Assembly (NCBI RefSeq): GCF_001194135.2
Contig: NC_068998.1
Coordinates: 23,916,185-23,980,184 of the forward strand
Length of the DNA stretch: 64,000 nt
From: Octopus bimaculoides
Lineage: Eukaryota
Reading direction: 5' to 3'
In this document: positions 1 through 13,309 of the stretch, one piece after another
How positions within the stretch are numbered: the first letter of the stretch is position 1
Layout: every line of letters starts with the position of its first letter
Program-made: the position numbers and the translations under genes
Notes under the pieces: model-generated
Seen by the model: the letters and a program-made list of their open reading frames with translations, nothing else
The model's database searches: none
What the model was told of the DNA's origin: nothing

Positions 1-189
1 AAGAAAGAAAAGAAATGTAAGAGTTACAAAAGTTTGTATGATAAAATTTTGGGTGATATTAGGATCATATTACATCATAACATCATTACAAATGAAATAA
101 GTACCGGTTTGACGATCAAACGATTGTCAGCTTATATAGAGAAATTGTTGTTTTATAAAATATGTCTGTTTCGATTTTGTTGTTGTTTG

Positions 190-660
190 TTTTTTACTTA
201 GAATGTCTAGAAATGGAACTGCCTCCTGGTTGTATTCCACTGTGAATTGAATGCTTGTATGGATGGTGTTCAGAAGTGTTTTAAATTCTAAGATTTTATT
301 TAAGTTGTTATTCCAGAGTATGAATCAGTCATCCAGGTATCTCTTCCAATTCTCTTTAATGTATTGGGCGAGAGGTTCTCCAAATTTTCGCAGTGATTTC
401 TAATATCTTTTTCTCTAAGAATCCCATTGTGAGGTTGGCAATGGTAGGTGCTGCTCTTGTGCCCACCGCAATTCCCGATATTCGGCGGTAGCAGTTGGTG
501 TCAAAAATGAAATGATTATTTTGGAGAATAAATTTAATTGATTCAATGATGAAGGTTTTGTTTATTCGTTCTGGTATTTACTCTGGATGTAGTTCTAGCC
601 AAAATCGAATCGCTTCCATTCCATAATCATGTGGATTGTTGGAGTATAGGGTTATAACAT
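190..660 (-). mobile_element. Penelope-like element (PLE) reverse transcriptase fragment, decayed
   Basis: Manual minus-strand translation: TLYSNNPHDYGMEAIRFWL...FILQNNHFIFDTNCYRRISGIAVGTRAAPTIANLTMGFLE...QYIKENWKRYLDD*FI...FKTLLNTIHTSIQFTVEYNQEAVPFLDI. These are typical PLE RT motifs (LYxNIP, GxAMGxxxAP, RYLDD, PFLD); stops and frameshifts present. Confidence 0.85.
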
Positions 661-720
661 TCTGAACAGCACCCACACAAGCATTCAATTCACAATGGAA
701 TACAACCAGGAGGCACTTCT
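655..720 (+). repeat. Inverted partial duplicate of the PLE RT fragment
   Basis: 661-720 is the reverse complement of about 215-275 (about 6 mismatches in 56 nt by eye). Confidence 0.85.
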
Positions 721-728
721 TTAAATAA

Positions 729-1526
729 GGACCTACTTTAATTAATGGAGATGCTTATCCAGAATCAAATGGTAAGGACCGCCCTAGGCAGAATGGTTAC
801 CAGAGCAGTCCTTGTGGAACACTTAGCAGTCTTTCATCTTCGTCAGTAGCTAGTCACAACTCTTATCTGAGTGCATCCAGTACAAGTTTGAATTATGATT
901 CTTTAAAGTGTCTTGGCTGCCAAGTCGTATCTTATCATATATGTCAAGCTGACAACAACACATCGTGCATGCTACTTGATCTTGGACACAGTATTGCTGC
1001 TACGTTAGCCAGAGCACCACAACTTGAAGCCTACCGTGAAATGTTACTTGTTGATACCAACTTGTTCAATATCCTTACGATGATGGAATACATTCAGAAT
1101 CTGCACCAATCCTTTGTAAAAGATGTCTTAGAACCTTTAAAAATGTTAAAAAGCAGTGGAAAGATAACTTCAGACAGTTGTAAAATTCTAGTTGATTCGT
1201 TAACTGAAGCTGAATTCCATCGACCTGACTACGGTGACACAATTGGCTCATTTGAACAAACAACAACAAAATTGAAACGGATATATTTTATAAAACAACA
1301 CATGCAAAACAATACCTTTAACAATATTTTAACGATTGGGTTCCTTTTCATGCAGGCAGGATTTTTCGACCTGATGGCTTTCCTCTTACCACCTCTTCAC
1401 TGTTGCTCATATAAGGATATATTTCTTCAGTCCTCTAGTATTCGGAAACGTCGAGAGACAGCTGAATTCAAAATTGTTGACATGACTGTATGCACCCGTG
1501 ATTTCATAAACATCCACGCACACTGA
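729..1526 (+). CDS. Probable host coding exon(s), product unidentified
   Basis: Stop-free frame from 729 (extends upstream of the tracked ORF): GPTLINGDAYPESNGKDRPRQNGYQSSPCGTLSSLSSSSVASHNSYLSASSTSLNYDSLKCLGCQVVSYHICQ...LARAPQLEAYREMLLVDTNLFNIL. AG at 728-729; possible internal donor near 1234 and acceptor (ttccttttcatgcaggcag) near 1356-1360. No TE motifs. Confidence 0.65.
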   Translation, partial: GPTLINGDAYPESNGKDRPRQNGYQSSPCGTLSSLSSSSVASHNSYLSASSTSLNYDSLKCLGCQVVSYHICQADNNTSCMLLDLGHSIAATLARAPQLEAYREMLLVDTNLFNILTMMEYIQNLHQSFVKDVLEPLKMLKSSGKITSDSCKILVDSLTEAEFHRPDYGDTIGSFEQTTTKLKRIYFIKQHMQNNTFNNILTIGFLFMQAGFFDLMAFLLPPLHCCSYKDIFLQSSSIRKRRETAEFKIVDMTVCTRDFINIHAH

Positions 1527-1871
1527 GACACACACGTTGCGTGCTCAAGTAGATATTTTTGCACATGCACACAAAAGCCTACCCTCTCACGTATATGTGT
1601 GTGTGTACATATGTATATATATATATATGGAGAGAGAGAGGGGTGAGATAGATAGACAGATGTGCATATATGCATATTAGCAATGCACACCGGTGTTGCC
1701 CGGTTGTTATGACCTACCACCACATTGTAGTATTTGGTTCTTTCTTATGGGCAGAATTAGCATACGAGGAGAATGAAGCAAACAACTCTTCTTTAAAAAC
1801 ATGTTTTTGGTCATTTTCTGATGAACAACGCTTCAGTTTCCGTCAACCAAATTCACTAACAAATCTGTAGT

Positions 1872-1979
1872 GGGCCTCGGGCTATAGTAGAAAACACTTT
1901 CCCAAGGTACTATACAGGACTGAACGTGGAACCATGTGGTTGGGAAGCAAACTTCTCAAACATACAGTCACTCTCGCAC
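1872..1979 (-). mobile_element. tRNA-derived SINE family A, 5' part
   Basis: Reverse complement of the family A head seen at 2182 and 18194. Confidence 0.75.
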
Positions 1980-2181
1980 TTAATATATATGTGTGCATGT
2001 TTGTATTTGTTTCTAATTCGAATATTGTTTCCCACTACTTCTCATAAGTTCATCAACCAGAGATATATTAAATAATGCCAGATAGAAATACGTACTGAGG
2101 TCAGCGTCATCAATAAAATTTGGAAACTGATACCCTATCATGACGACAGTCGAAAGACTAAACCGAGTAAAACAATTTAAA

Positions 2182-2350
2182 GGCGCAGGAGTGGCTGTGT
2201 GGTAAGTAGCTTGCTAACCAACCACATGATTCCGGGTTCAGTCCCACTACGTGACATCTTGGGCAAGTGTCTTCTACTATAGCCTCGAGCCGACCAAAGT
2301 CTTGTGAGTAGATTTTGTAGACGGAAACGGAAAGAAGCCCGTCGTATATA
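2182..2350 (+). mobile_element. tRNA-derived SINE family A head (CORE-like segment)
   Basis: A-box-like TGGCTGTGTGGTAAG, B-box-like GGTTCAGTCCC, then CTTGGGCAAGTG resembling the MIR/CORE start. Confidence 0.85.
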
Positions 2351-2483
2351 TGTATATGTACATCACTTCCAACAATTAACAGTTGTAATTTGAAGCTGAA
2401 TGGTTAGCACTAACAAAGACGTTCAGATTTCTTTGAAAATTATTGTGCAAAATATTTTGAGAAGTTTTTTTTTTACCACAACA

Positions 2484-2610
<127 letters not shown>

Positions 2611-3073
2611 ACCGGTGTTTCTATGGTAACTTGTGCTACTATAAATAGCAGCCAAATCTCTATTTAGACACAGATTTACAGTATTTCAGGTAGAAAAGAG
2701 TATGCGATGGGTTCGCTTCGTCAGAGGTAACTTTGGGCTAAACAAAACACAGACAAACATACCGCACATTAAAAGATTATCTACTAAATAATACTAATAG
2801 AGTTGACGGTACACCTTCGAAGTTTTATTCCCTGGTAAAAACATTTCTCATTATGCTCTATCTAAACATTTTCTCACTATGCACCATCTACGACATAAAA
2901 ATTGTTCAGGCAGAGTTGCCTCCCTTAACTTAAGAACTCAGAATTGTACGACCCGACCGCTTCTTATCTAAAAGAGTTGTGCAAGACATACTTCATTTCG
3001 TAGCCGAAATATTACTGAATCTATTGATACCACATACTACAAAATTGGCAACTCAGTTTTCGAATCCATAAGG

Positions 3074-3148
<75 letters not shown>

Positions 3149-4467
3149 CTGCTCTTTTATTATATAAAATATACATATATATCAGCTCTCTCCTCTTCTG
3201 ATCACTTCAGCCATGTAAACACTACTCGTGCTTTACTCGGGCTATTCTTTCTCCTCTCTCCGGACCTTTCTTCTTTTCTCTTTCTCACGAAGGGCCATAC
3301 CGAAGATGTCACACCCATTCTTTTATCCACCTGAAGCTGAGCGTCAACCGAGTAGATTGCTTGTGTATTTCCTTTGACTTTGTTGTTTTGTTATTAGTTT
3401 TTATTTTCTTATTTCCAATATTTGTGGGGCGCAGCGCGCGCGCGTATGAGATGGGTTTCTTTCATTTTATAGTGAGATGCCAGGGAACATGTACAAGAAA
3501 CTTGCGCAAGATGCCTCGAAGTGAAACAGAACCAGAAATTCCATGGTTATGAAACGAACTTCTTAACGAAACAGCAATGCGAGATTATATTTGTATATGA
3601 GTGTCTGTGCGCGCGTGAGGTAGTGGGAGTGTGTGTGTGTTTGTTCAATAGGTTAAAATGAATATGAAGTTTAAACACTCTATGCCAAAAATTTCCTTTG
3701 TAAAATAGAAAGGCCGTCTTCAAAGAAATCAACATTGATGCAGTCTACTATAATATATATTCTTCAGTAAAGAAAAAGAAAAAGAAGAGTGAATATAAGT
3801 TGGGTTTTTTTGTTTTGTTTTGTTTTCTTTTTTTTTGTTTTTTTTTTTGTCTTTTTGCATTTTAAATAACTACTATATCTCAACACCAACATAATTAGGA
3901 ATCGATACAGTAGTAAATATAGTATCCAATATGATTGATTCAGTGAAACTTCCCACTCTAGGTTTACTGTTCATTAAAACAATATTTTCAATAGCACTGT
4001 TCACAGCTTTGAGTGTTGATAATAAAGAGAGCCACAAAAATGTGTTTTATTTACAATAACTATGAATAGGAAGCTGTCCTTTATTATGTCCAACTAAAAA
4101 TATCTTTACTGTACATAAAGACGGCATCAAAAATTGCCAAGTTATAGATTTTATGACTGTTATTGTTGTTTAGCCCAAGATTAGCACTGATCAGTAATAT
4201 GATCAAAATCATACGTGGTATAATCTTACCCATTTTCACAAAAAAGTCTATCATGAACATTATCCCAAAGGTCTCCATTTCTTCCTTTTTTTTTTTTTTT
4301 TTGTAAAACTTATTTGTGATTGGTTTAGTGAAGTTTTGGCTGTGATTCCGAGAAGTTCAAACAACAATGTTGAAACTGCACTTTTGGTTCATTTCCAATA
4401 CCAACAGCTATCTAAAGTGTTGTCACAACAAAGCACCACAGCAGCATGGAATAATATATACACACAA

Positions 4468-4502
<35 letters not shown>

Positions 4503-4513
4503 GATAGATAGAT

Positions 4514-4548
<35 letters not shown>

Positions 4549-4896
4549 TAGACATACAGATACCGTTAGACGGAATAACCAAAGAAAGTATTCCATCAAT
4601 TTATACATAAAAATCATTTAATATGCACAATTTACAAAAGAGCCCTAATAGTTCCATGCTTTAGAGATACAATAAATTATCGGATTTATATAATACTATC
4701 GAGACCCGTGAATATTTCAGGGAAATAATGGCAAACTTATGAGGTTATTTCTGCAAATTTTATCCAAAAAATCTGCAAGTGTCGCCTGTGTTGTGCCTAT
4801 ATCAAAAGATAGTCGCTCATCTGCTATTAATTGAAAAGGGAAGGAAACTGGAATATGATTATTATTTAATGCACTTTATATATACAGTTTCGTGAA

Positions 4897-5274
4897 GGCG
4901 CAATGGCCCAGTGGTTAGGGTAGTGGACTCGCGGTCATAGGATCACGGTTTCGATTCCCAGACCGGGCATTGTGAATGTTTACTGAGCGAAAACACATCA
5001 AGATCCACGAGGCTCCGGCAGGGGATGGTGGCGAACCCTGCTGTATTCTTTCACCACAACTTTCTCTCACTCTTACTTCCTGTTTCTGTTGTGCCTGTAA
5101 TTCAAAGGGTCAGCCTTGTCACATTGTCTCACGCTGAATATCCCCGAGAACTACGATAAGGGTACACGTGTCTGTGAAGTGCTCAGCCACTTGCACGTTA
5201 ATTTCACGAGCAGGCTGCTCCGTTGATCGGATCAACTGGAACCCTCGACGTCGTAAGCGACGGAGTGCCGACAT
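4897..5274 (+). mobile_element. tRNA-derived SINE family C, near full length
   Basis: Head GGCGCAATGGCCCAGTGGTTAGG...GGTTTCGATTCCC (A/B boxes) followed by a body unlike families A and B. Confidence 0.75.
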
Positions 5275-5796
5275 CTATACAGTTTATATACTTTATACAC
5301 AATTTTATAGACTTAATACACAGCACTATCCCTTTTTCTCTTTCAATCTTTACCTTACCCTCTTTTTCACTCTTCTTTTTCTTTCCCTCTTCGCTTTTCT
5401 CTTCAAGTAATCACGTGAAAGCGTTACAGACGGGCTAAGTAACGGAGGGAAAAACTTTAATTTCAGCGATTGCATCTCCAGTCCTCCAGCATATATAGCC
5501 TTATCCGAATCCATAAGACTGCACCATTATCTCTGCTTGTAACTGACACTACTGGAAACATCAGCGTCTAATTCAACATCCCTTGCATTCATTGTTGCTG
5601 TTCACTCCTCTCAAATTTCACACCCATCAGGTTCGCAAGATCTACTCTTTCCTTTCGCTATACATGCATATATACTTACGTCTTTCTGCCTGTCTGCCTA
5701 CCTGCCTGCATGTATGTATTTATATATTCATGTATATATGTATTTATGGACGTGTGTGTGTATATGTATGTGTGTGTATATGCACGCGCGCGCGCA

Positions 5797-7025
5797 CAGG
5801 TATGGCAGAAGTAAATAGTCACCCTTATAATCATCAAAATTTATTCAAATCTGGAATTATATATACAAATTATTTATTGAATATTATAATGTGAATATCT
5901 AATATTTAGTAGACATGGTCTTAGCATTTTTCAATGCATTGATCCTATATGATATGCCACTGATCAGATGACGAATATTCTCTTGCAGAATTTCTTGCCA
6001 AGTTTCATGCGGTAACCTCAAAAGATCTGGCTTCGAGGATACTTTCTTGTTCTCTTTACGAAGTGTCATGTCCATTACGCCCCAGAGGTGTTCAATAGGG
6101 TCCATATCTGGTGACTCGCTTGACCATGCAAGTATTTAATGCCCTTATTTTCTAACACACCTTGGGTCTTTTTAGCCGAGTGACAAAGAGCTCCATCTTC
6201 CATAAATAAAGTCTTCTTTAATCATTTAACCATTGGAGAAGATTGGAATATGGACACATGTGCAATATGGACACATATTTATCTGTGTTTATGTTTCCAG
6301 CACATTCCACTAGCTCTGATTGAACATTGCTTCAAATTGCTCCCCAGACAATCACAGAATAGCTGTCTTGTTTCAATGTTGGCAGCAATCTTTTCATGTC
6401 AAATTCTTGATAACAGACCCACACTCGACCACTATCAGAAAATACAGCAAATCTGGATTCATCAGAGAATACGATAGCGTCCCAAAATGCTATCAGCCAC
6501 TCCACCATCTCACTGGACCATTCTTTTCTTCACTTAATATTAGCTGGTTGAAGAAGTGGCTTACTTCTTGCTGCTGCACCATAGTAGCCAAGTTCCTAGT
6601 AATACCTAATAGCTTTTCTGGGACTGACACAAATTTGCTGTGTCAGAGGACTTGCAATGATTATTATCCTCCACACTTCATTTAATAAAGCAAAGGTTCC
6701 TGTTAGAGGGCCCTATCGACTTGAGGAAGGTGATATGAACTCCTTCCCCTCCCTGGTGAATTGCACAATCACCTTATTAACTGTTGAAAGCGGAATCCCA
6801 AGGCTTTCTGCGATTTTACGCTAAGTCTAACTTCAGATTGAACCACAGTACGGCCTCATTGAAATTTGGTCAGTTCCAAGGCCTCTTTCGTACGTGGCAT
6901 GATTAAACAGTCGAATAAAGAACCTGAAACAGAAAAATTGTCCATTAATAGAAAATAAAAACTTTTTCAAGTTAAAATAAAATACAAAACATTTTATGGG
7001 CTGTCTATTTACTTCTGTCATATTA
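5797..7025 (-). mobile_element. Tc1-type (DD34E) transposon, decayed, both TIRs present
   Basis: Minus-strand WDAIVFSDES, SVIVWGA, FMEDGALCHSAK, SPDMDPIEHLW...AKTMSTKY. TIRs tatggcagaagtaaatagtcaccc (5801) and its imperfect reverse complement at 6995-7022. Confidence 0.85.
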
Positions 7026-7032
7026 ATATAAA

Positions 7033-7069
<37 letters not shown>

Positions 7070-7979
7070 GCGCATATGTATACAGACAGATAGACGGACA
7101 GACAGACAGATAGATAGATAGTACATATGCATACGTTATATATGTGTGTGTCTCTGTCTGTCTGTCTGTCTGTCTGTCTGTCCGTGTGTCTTTCTCCGTG
7201 TGACTGCGACATTTACGCTATAAATTTATATATTCCATTCCTAAGTACACACTGTAATTTAATAAATACTACTAGAGTATATGTAGGATGTCGAATTCAG
7301 TGAAAATGTTCAGGAATTCGCCAATAACACATTGAAAAGTAGATAGGCAATGGATATCGTCTCTTTCCTCAGTAGAAACGTGATAGAAATTGCTACATCA
7401 CTATCTTAATGCATCTGTTCTTTGAAGTAGAATTGTATTAATAATATCAATAGCCAACACCTTTGGACAGAAGATAAAAAACGCTTTCTCTGTTTGAGAA
7501 GTACAACATTTTCACGCATAAATTCAATAATTTATGAAAAGCAAGAGATGATATTGAAATTGAGGCATGAGTATGAATAACTTCTAAAGAATTCAATCCA
7601 CCTACAGACATGACTTTCTATAACCTAGGATACTGTAAGTTAATAGCAGTATCAGCAAAGCTACTTGCGTTATACCAACATGACTGACCATTAAAAATCT
7701 CATTGATATCAGAAATGTTAACTCTGTACTTCATGTATCTAGTAAAAAAAATATTCAAATCTATTCCATTTACGCGCTTATTATTTGTGTTCGTGTGAGT
7801 CATTTGTAGAAGTGTTTATATTATACATATAAAAACAGTGTACTCAGCCATAAACAAATCCAATATATGTGGCTTAGCCGTCGGTTACAAGTGTATTTAA
7901 CTTAGCTGCTTGTATCATACCTAATTGTTTTAGGTTCCTTGGTAGACGTGATCAAACATAACCACTCTCTCAGCCGTCC

Positions 7980-10060
7980 CAGTTTGATTCAGTGAAACAT
8001 AAGAAATATGAGAGTTGAAGCATGTGAGTTTGCACTGGCATCATGTTGGTACTCATGGGATGAACGTGAAATGATGTACCTTGAAAAAGGACAAAACACG
8101 CAGTTTAGTCCAACAATAAATTCAACGATTGGATGTCCATCCAAGGTGGAGTTCCAATCGTCCAATCCCAGTGGAGTCATACGTGATAGCTAGTCGACCC
8201 ATTCTAGTGGAGCCATACGTGACAGCTAGTCTGAAGACACCACTTTCTTTCGCTACGGTTCACGTCCAGAACATACTGTCTGGGTCTGAAAAAGTACTGC
8301 TATCCCGCTACTCACCCTCATTGCAGGTTGAGTAAGACATGCAAAGACATCGAGATCATCAAACATCGGTGCTAGGGCATGCTAGAAATCCTCGTCTAGC
8401 TGATGTCTGTCACATCCCAACCTTGTTTCTTGCCTAACTCCAGGGCACGTGCAGTTATAGACTCCACTAACAGAACTGTCTTATTGGGTGGAAAGAAGTA
8501 GAGAAAAAACGGTTTATTTATCCGTTTGCCTCAGTTTCCATGAAATTTTGCTGTACTTTCGGAAATCCTTTAGCAAACTACTCCCGACTTCGCATTATCA
8601 CTCACGCAAATTATGTCATCGTTCTCTGCCTTATCTTCTCCATATATTGTGGCACTTTGAAAGTGCTTGTCCTGAAAACATTTCCCTTTGTTTCGATAAT
8701 GGCACAGCACGGGGTTAAGGTTTGTTTCAATGTGTCAGTGAGCTAGTTTGTCTGTGTTCGAAAGCGAGGACGAGAGGAAGGATAAGAGAAAGGGCGTTAG
8801 GTTGAAAATTTTCTTGGTTGATGGGTTTTAGCTCTGCTCGTGTTTCCCTTGATACCAGTATTGGTACTACAGCTATAGTTGCTTGTGTTGCTGATGTTGC
8901 TCTTGCAGCTGGTGTCTCTACTGCTGCCGTTGTCGTAGCAGAAGTATCTGCACTTGTTTGTATTGCTGCTGCTATTTTTTTTTACTGTCGTTGGTATTTG
9001 TCCTGCCATTATTCCTTATTCGTTCCTGCTGCTTCTGCTGTTGTTACTGCCGCATGCTGATTTCGTTGTAGTAGTCACGGTTTCGACATTAATGGAGGCA
9101 TCCTCTCCTCCTTTTTTGAGAACAGAAAACTCTTCAGTGGTATCCAATACCACAGAAGTGGAATCCTGGTATTCTTCTCTCAATTGCAGCACGTAACTCC
9201 TCATCATTCACCATATGGATATTTTATGGGATCTATTCCTCACATTCTGCTTCATCTGGAGGAAAATCTGCTGCATGCTCTCAAACCTCCCCGCTCCCGT
9301 ATCAGTTCGGTTTACATCGGGGTAGGTGTCACTACATAAGCCAAGATCTACATAAGCCAAGATCCACCCAATGTCCGAGCCTGGTGAAACTCTATTTTAA
9401 CACAATAGGTCATTTTCAGTAAATACGTTGGGTAGATGCTATGTTCCCTATTGTATATGGAAACTGTGGAGTGCTTCAATGAGTATATATTACGTTTTTA
9501 CTTTCGTAAAATATCTCCACACTGCCAAAATGCTTTGCACGGGTCACATGATCTATATACACAATATATCTTCGTCAGCTCTTTCTACTCGGTGTCAGAT
9601 TTCTCCCGATACACAGTGATACCACACCGCTTTCCAGACTGTTGTTAAGATTGCAACTGGTTGTCTTCTTTTGTTTACTCTCACAAGTTGAGTCGCTTGT
9701 ATCATGTATGGCCCCTTGTCATTTAGTGAGAACGAAAAGTATTTTATTGACTTCACCACCATATTCTCAAAAGTCTTTTTGCACACCGCCTCGTTCTAAC
9801 CCCTTACTCTGCCATCATCTGTTTTGTCGTTTCTACTGCATTGTTGTTGCTGTTGGTATTGCTGCAGTTTTTGTTGTTGTTGTTTTTGGTTTGTGAGTCT
9901 CGGTCATTTCTGTTACTGATGTTATTTTTGATGTCACAGTTGTTACAATTACTTTTGTTCTCCTTCTCTATATTTCTAACTTCCTTGGAGTAAAACCCTC
10001 AAGCATATTTTACTTTTACAATATCGTTATTACCGCTTTCCTCTTCGCAAAAACGGCACA
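7980..10060 (-). mobile_element. Possible 5' half of an L1/Tx1-clade LINE (ORF1 plus endonuclease remnant)
   Basis: Degenerate APE-like motifs QETRL, SGIAVLF and DDWNSTLD at 8000-8450; upstream Ala/Thr-rich linker and ORF1-like AKHFGSVEIF. Heavily frameshifted. Confidence 0.4.
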
Positions 10061-10379
10061 ACTTGGATGTATTTGGTTCTTCGCTGGTCATCAGTACATG
10101 AAATGTGCATGCAAACTCCGCCTAACTTTATGCCAACCCGTGTAACCTCAGAACTTAGAAATTTTGCGATCAGTGACACAAGATTGAGGAAAGTCCAGGG
10201 TCAATTTATTGCAAGTTTCTATTTCTGTCATCCTATTGCTTACGTGTTCACTGCTTTGGTTTTCTTCCTTCGTTCATCCTTAGTTTTGAAGGTTAGTCAG
10301 ACATTTGTATCACGTGTGTCACCGTCAAAAGAACTCATATGGTATTATATACATTCCAGGGCCTCTTTTAACCATTTCT

Positions 10380-11060
10380 ATAATAATTCATGAATACCCG
10401 TTACAATTTGCACGAAAGTTGAGCAGCATTCTTCATTTTCCCATAAACTCAACAAGGAATTATTCCCTTCTGTGACACACCATTGCCACTTCCGCTTGGC
10501 TTATGTTTGACCCATACCTAAAAGCCTTTTTTGGTATGTAATGCTTTCCATGACGCTTTATATATTTGTCAATATCTTACAAGCTTGTGTTATTATTGCT
10601 AGTACATTTAATTATGTTGTACAAATTTATCTTTTTGTATAATCAGTTAAGATTGTATTTGTCTTCAAATTCATATGGGGCTTTCTTCTTTTCTTCTTTG
10701 TTACCTTTTTCTGAAATAATTACTTTAACTGTGACACCATATTTTGCGACAGAAGAATTTGGGTAGGTGTATGGCCTACCGTCTCGTTCTATCCTCGGTT
10801 TCGAAACCCACTCATATGTTTTCATATGCCTGACAACAATCGTTAAAATGGTATCTCTTCCAGTATCGGTCAATGGCTTCTCTTCTGTCAAAAAACGTTC
10901 GTGGGATATGGAGTCAGCCTCCATTGTCAGCAAAAGGTGGATATCTTTTACCATCCACCTACTCAGTTCCTCCATGTATGCAAAATGCATGAAGATATCG
11001 TCCCAAGAATGAAAGCTATTCATTGTCTTTCTCTTTTCCGGTGGTCTTTAATTAATGAAT
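10380..11060 (-). mobile_element. Possible Ty3/Gypsy integrase C-terminal remnant
   Basis: Fragments in shifting frames (HGGTE*VD, WRLTPYPT, VWVKH...GII...AQL) weakly recall the NGxAER, YRxTP and VWV/QL integrase motifs. Confidence 0.3.
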
Positions 11061-12305
11061 GTAGCGGAGTTGCACTTTTTGTCATTTCCTACTTTAATAA
11101 AATGCATGAACTCTACTAATACATGTATAGTACTTTACTTTGCATGTATTCATGCGTAAATATTCTATATGCTCATTTGTAACATCCTTTTATTTCATGT
11201 ACTATACTTGGCAACATATGCATGTGATTTTTGTGTTTTATGAAAGATTTGGGGATATGTCTCTACATCATTCTACAAACACTTTAGTATGCATCTCTTA
11301 ATATTCCTTCAGAGGAAAGACACAAACTATAAAAATATCGGTAAGAGAATCCAAGTTAAAGCATGTTTTTTTTTATCCTTGCTACATGGTAAATGTAGCA
11401 GATACAGAATCACTTCTTAACCTTCCCTTGGCAAATAATCATAAAACAATATATACAGGAAATACATCGTGGCAACGTTTCATTTTCTTCTGAAGCTCTA
11501 TGAAAGCCATCTGCTTTTGACAAAGAACAACGAGAGCATCAATAATTATAATTCATATCCTTAAATATGCCCAGAAAGATTCACGAAAAGGGTTAGTCGA
11601 TTACATCAACCCCCTAGTATATGGCTGACAATATATTTTATCAATCCATAATAGGCTCAAGCAGCATTATCCCCTACATAGGCCATTTTCAATTCAGTAG
11701 TGCAATTCACACAGTGTAAGTTTTGTACATCTCACAAAATATATACATTATTGAAAGACCTGCTAATAATATAACAGCACATAGAGCTCATATTCCATAT
11801 AATTCAATAAGATAACACTGCAAAGCTCTTATATAACTGACACCAGATAATATTACACATATACGTAACACCAATTAAGGTGATTCATACTATACACATA
11901 CACCACCCAATAAACCGAACCTTTTGAACGTGCTTCATACAATGCCAAGAAAATATATTCATTACGTAACACATATTGTAATTTTGTATTTTTTGCCAAT
12001 TACACGGCTGCAGGATTATTCAGTTTAGTAATTGAGAACCTCCCTTAGTGTAATGCTGCTTACGGTTAGGCAATGTTACTGCAAAATCCTACACAACCGG
12101 TACTCAACACAGTCATCATCCTACGCGTAAATACAAGATAAAAAATACAAAATTAATTCTAGAAGCAACAAAAATCTCCACAACAAAAAAAAAACAAAAG
12201 TGGTATCCATACAAAATTACACCTTCATCAAAAAGATACATAAAGGACAATGGACGTGCAAATGTTGGTGCAATATAAGCAGAGAATGGAGACATGGAAA
12301 ACAAA

Positions 12306-12372
12306 TTAATAATAATAATAATAATAACAATAATAATAATAATAATAATAATAATATAATAATAATAATAAT
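12306..12372 (+). repeat. (AAT)n microsatellite
   Basis: Direct reading. Confidence 0.97.
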
Positions 12373-12430
12373 GACTGAAAGCTTGGGGAAGTGAAGTAGA
12401 AAATATCTTCATATAATACAACACAGACAT

Positions 12431-13255
12431 TTAAATGGATAGGGTTTTTCAAATGATGTGGGCAGTACTTGTCAGTACAATCTTTTCGATTCCTCTGCGA
12501 CATGGTTCTCCTGGGATCTTAGCTAGATGTTTCTGACATTCCTATTTTATCATGCCTTGAGCACCTACAATAACAGGAACAGTTCTCCTTTTAAGATGCC
12601 ACATCTTTTGTATTTCAATTTCCAGGTCCTTATATTTACATAGTATATCAAATTCCTTAACAGATATATTTTTATCAGTGGGAACACTTACATCTATTAG
12701 TCTACATGTATTTTCTTCACAGCCTTTAATAATTATATCTGGTCGATTAGACTGGATTTTTCTGTCAGTGTTGACTGGAAAATCCCAAAGTATAGTGACA
12801 TTTTTACCTTCAATGACTGGCTCAGGATGATGTTTATACCAGTATGCAGTAGTGTTGAATTTGTAGTGTTTACATATTTTCTAATGTAAATACTGTCCTA
12901 ATTGTCTATTGGTTCGTCAAATTTGTCGCAGAAGCTACATTCAGAGTCAGAACCGTTTTGAAGAACGTTAACCTGGTAGATTTTTGCGAGTAAGCTTTGA
13001 TCTTGTGCCACCAATATGAAACTTTCAGGCTCTGCTTTCAGTCCTGAACTTCTCAGCCACTGGTGGGTTGTTGCTTGGTCTACAGCAGCATTTCAGCTTC
13101 GAAGTATACACTGTCCATGCAGAGGCTTCTGACTTCACCGCTCCTCAATTTGTTTCTGCCCATTCTTTTTTGCAGTCTGTTTGATCCATTTTGCATGTTT
13201 TGTGGCTGTGGTTTCAGATTCTTCAAATATTTCAGGATTAATACCAGGTTTCCTT
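12431..13255 (-). mobile_element. R4/Dong-clade non-LTR retrotransposon, C-terminal part (RT end, zinc knuckle, RLE endonuclease)
   Basis: KPLHG...HQWLRSSGLKAEPESFILVAQDQSL...CSFCDKFDE...WYKHHPEPVIEG...ILWDFPVNTDRKIQSNRPDIII...IDVSVP...KYKDLEIEIQKMW...VPVIVGAQG...KTLSI*. Confidence 0.9.
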
Positions 13256-13278
13256 GCAAATATATTGTTGTTGTCATT

Positions 13279-13309
<31 letters not shown>

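Noticed and set aside
2182-2260. tRNA genes at SINE heads (also 4897 and 62103)
   Set aside because: No complete cloverleaf or poly-T terminator; each continues into a repeat body.
10643-11023. 126-aa minus-strand ORF as a host gene
   Set aside because: No recognisable domain; other frames hint at LTR integrase debris.
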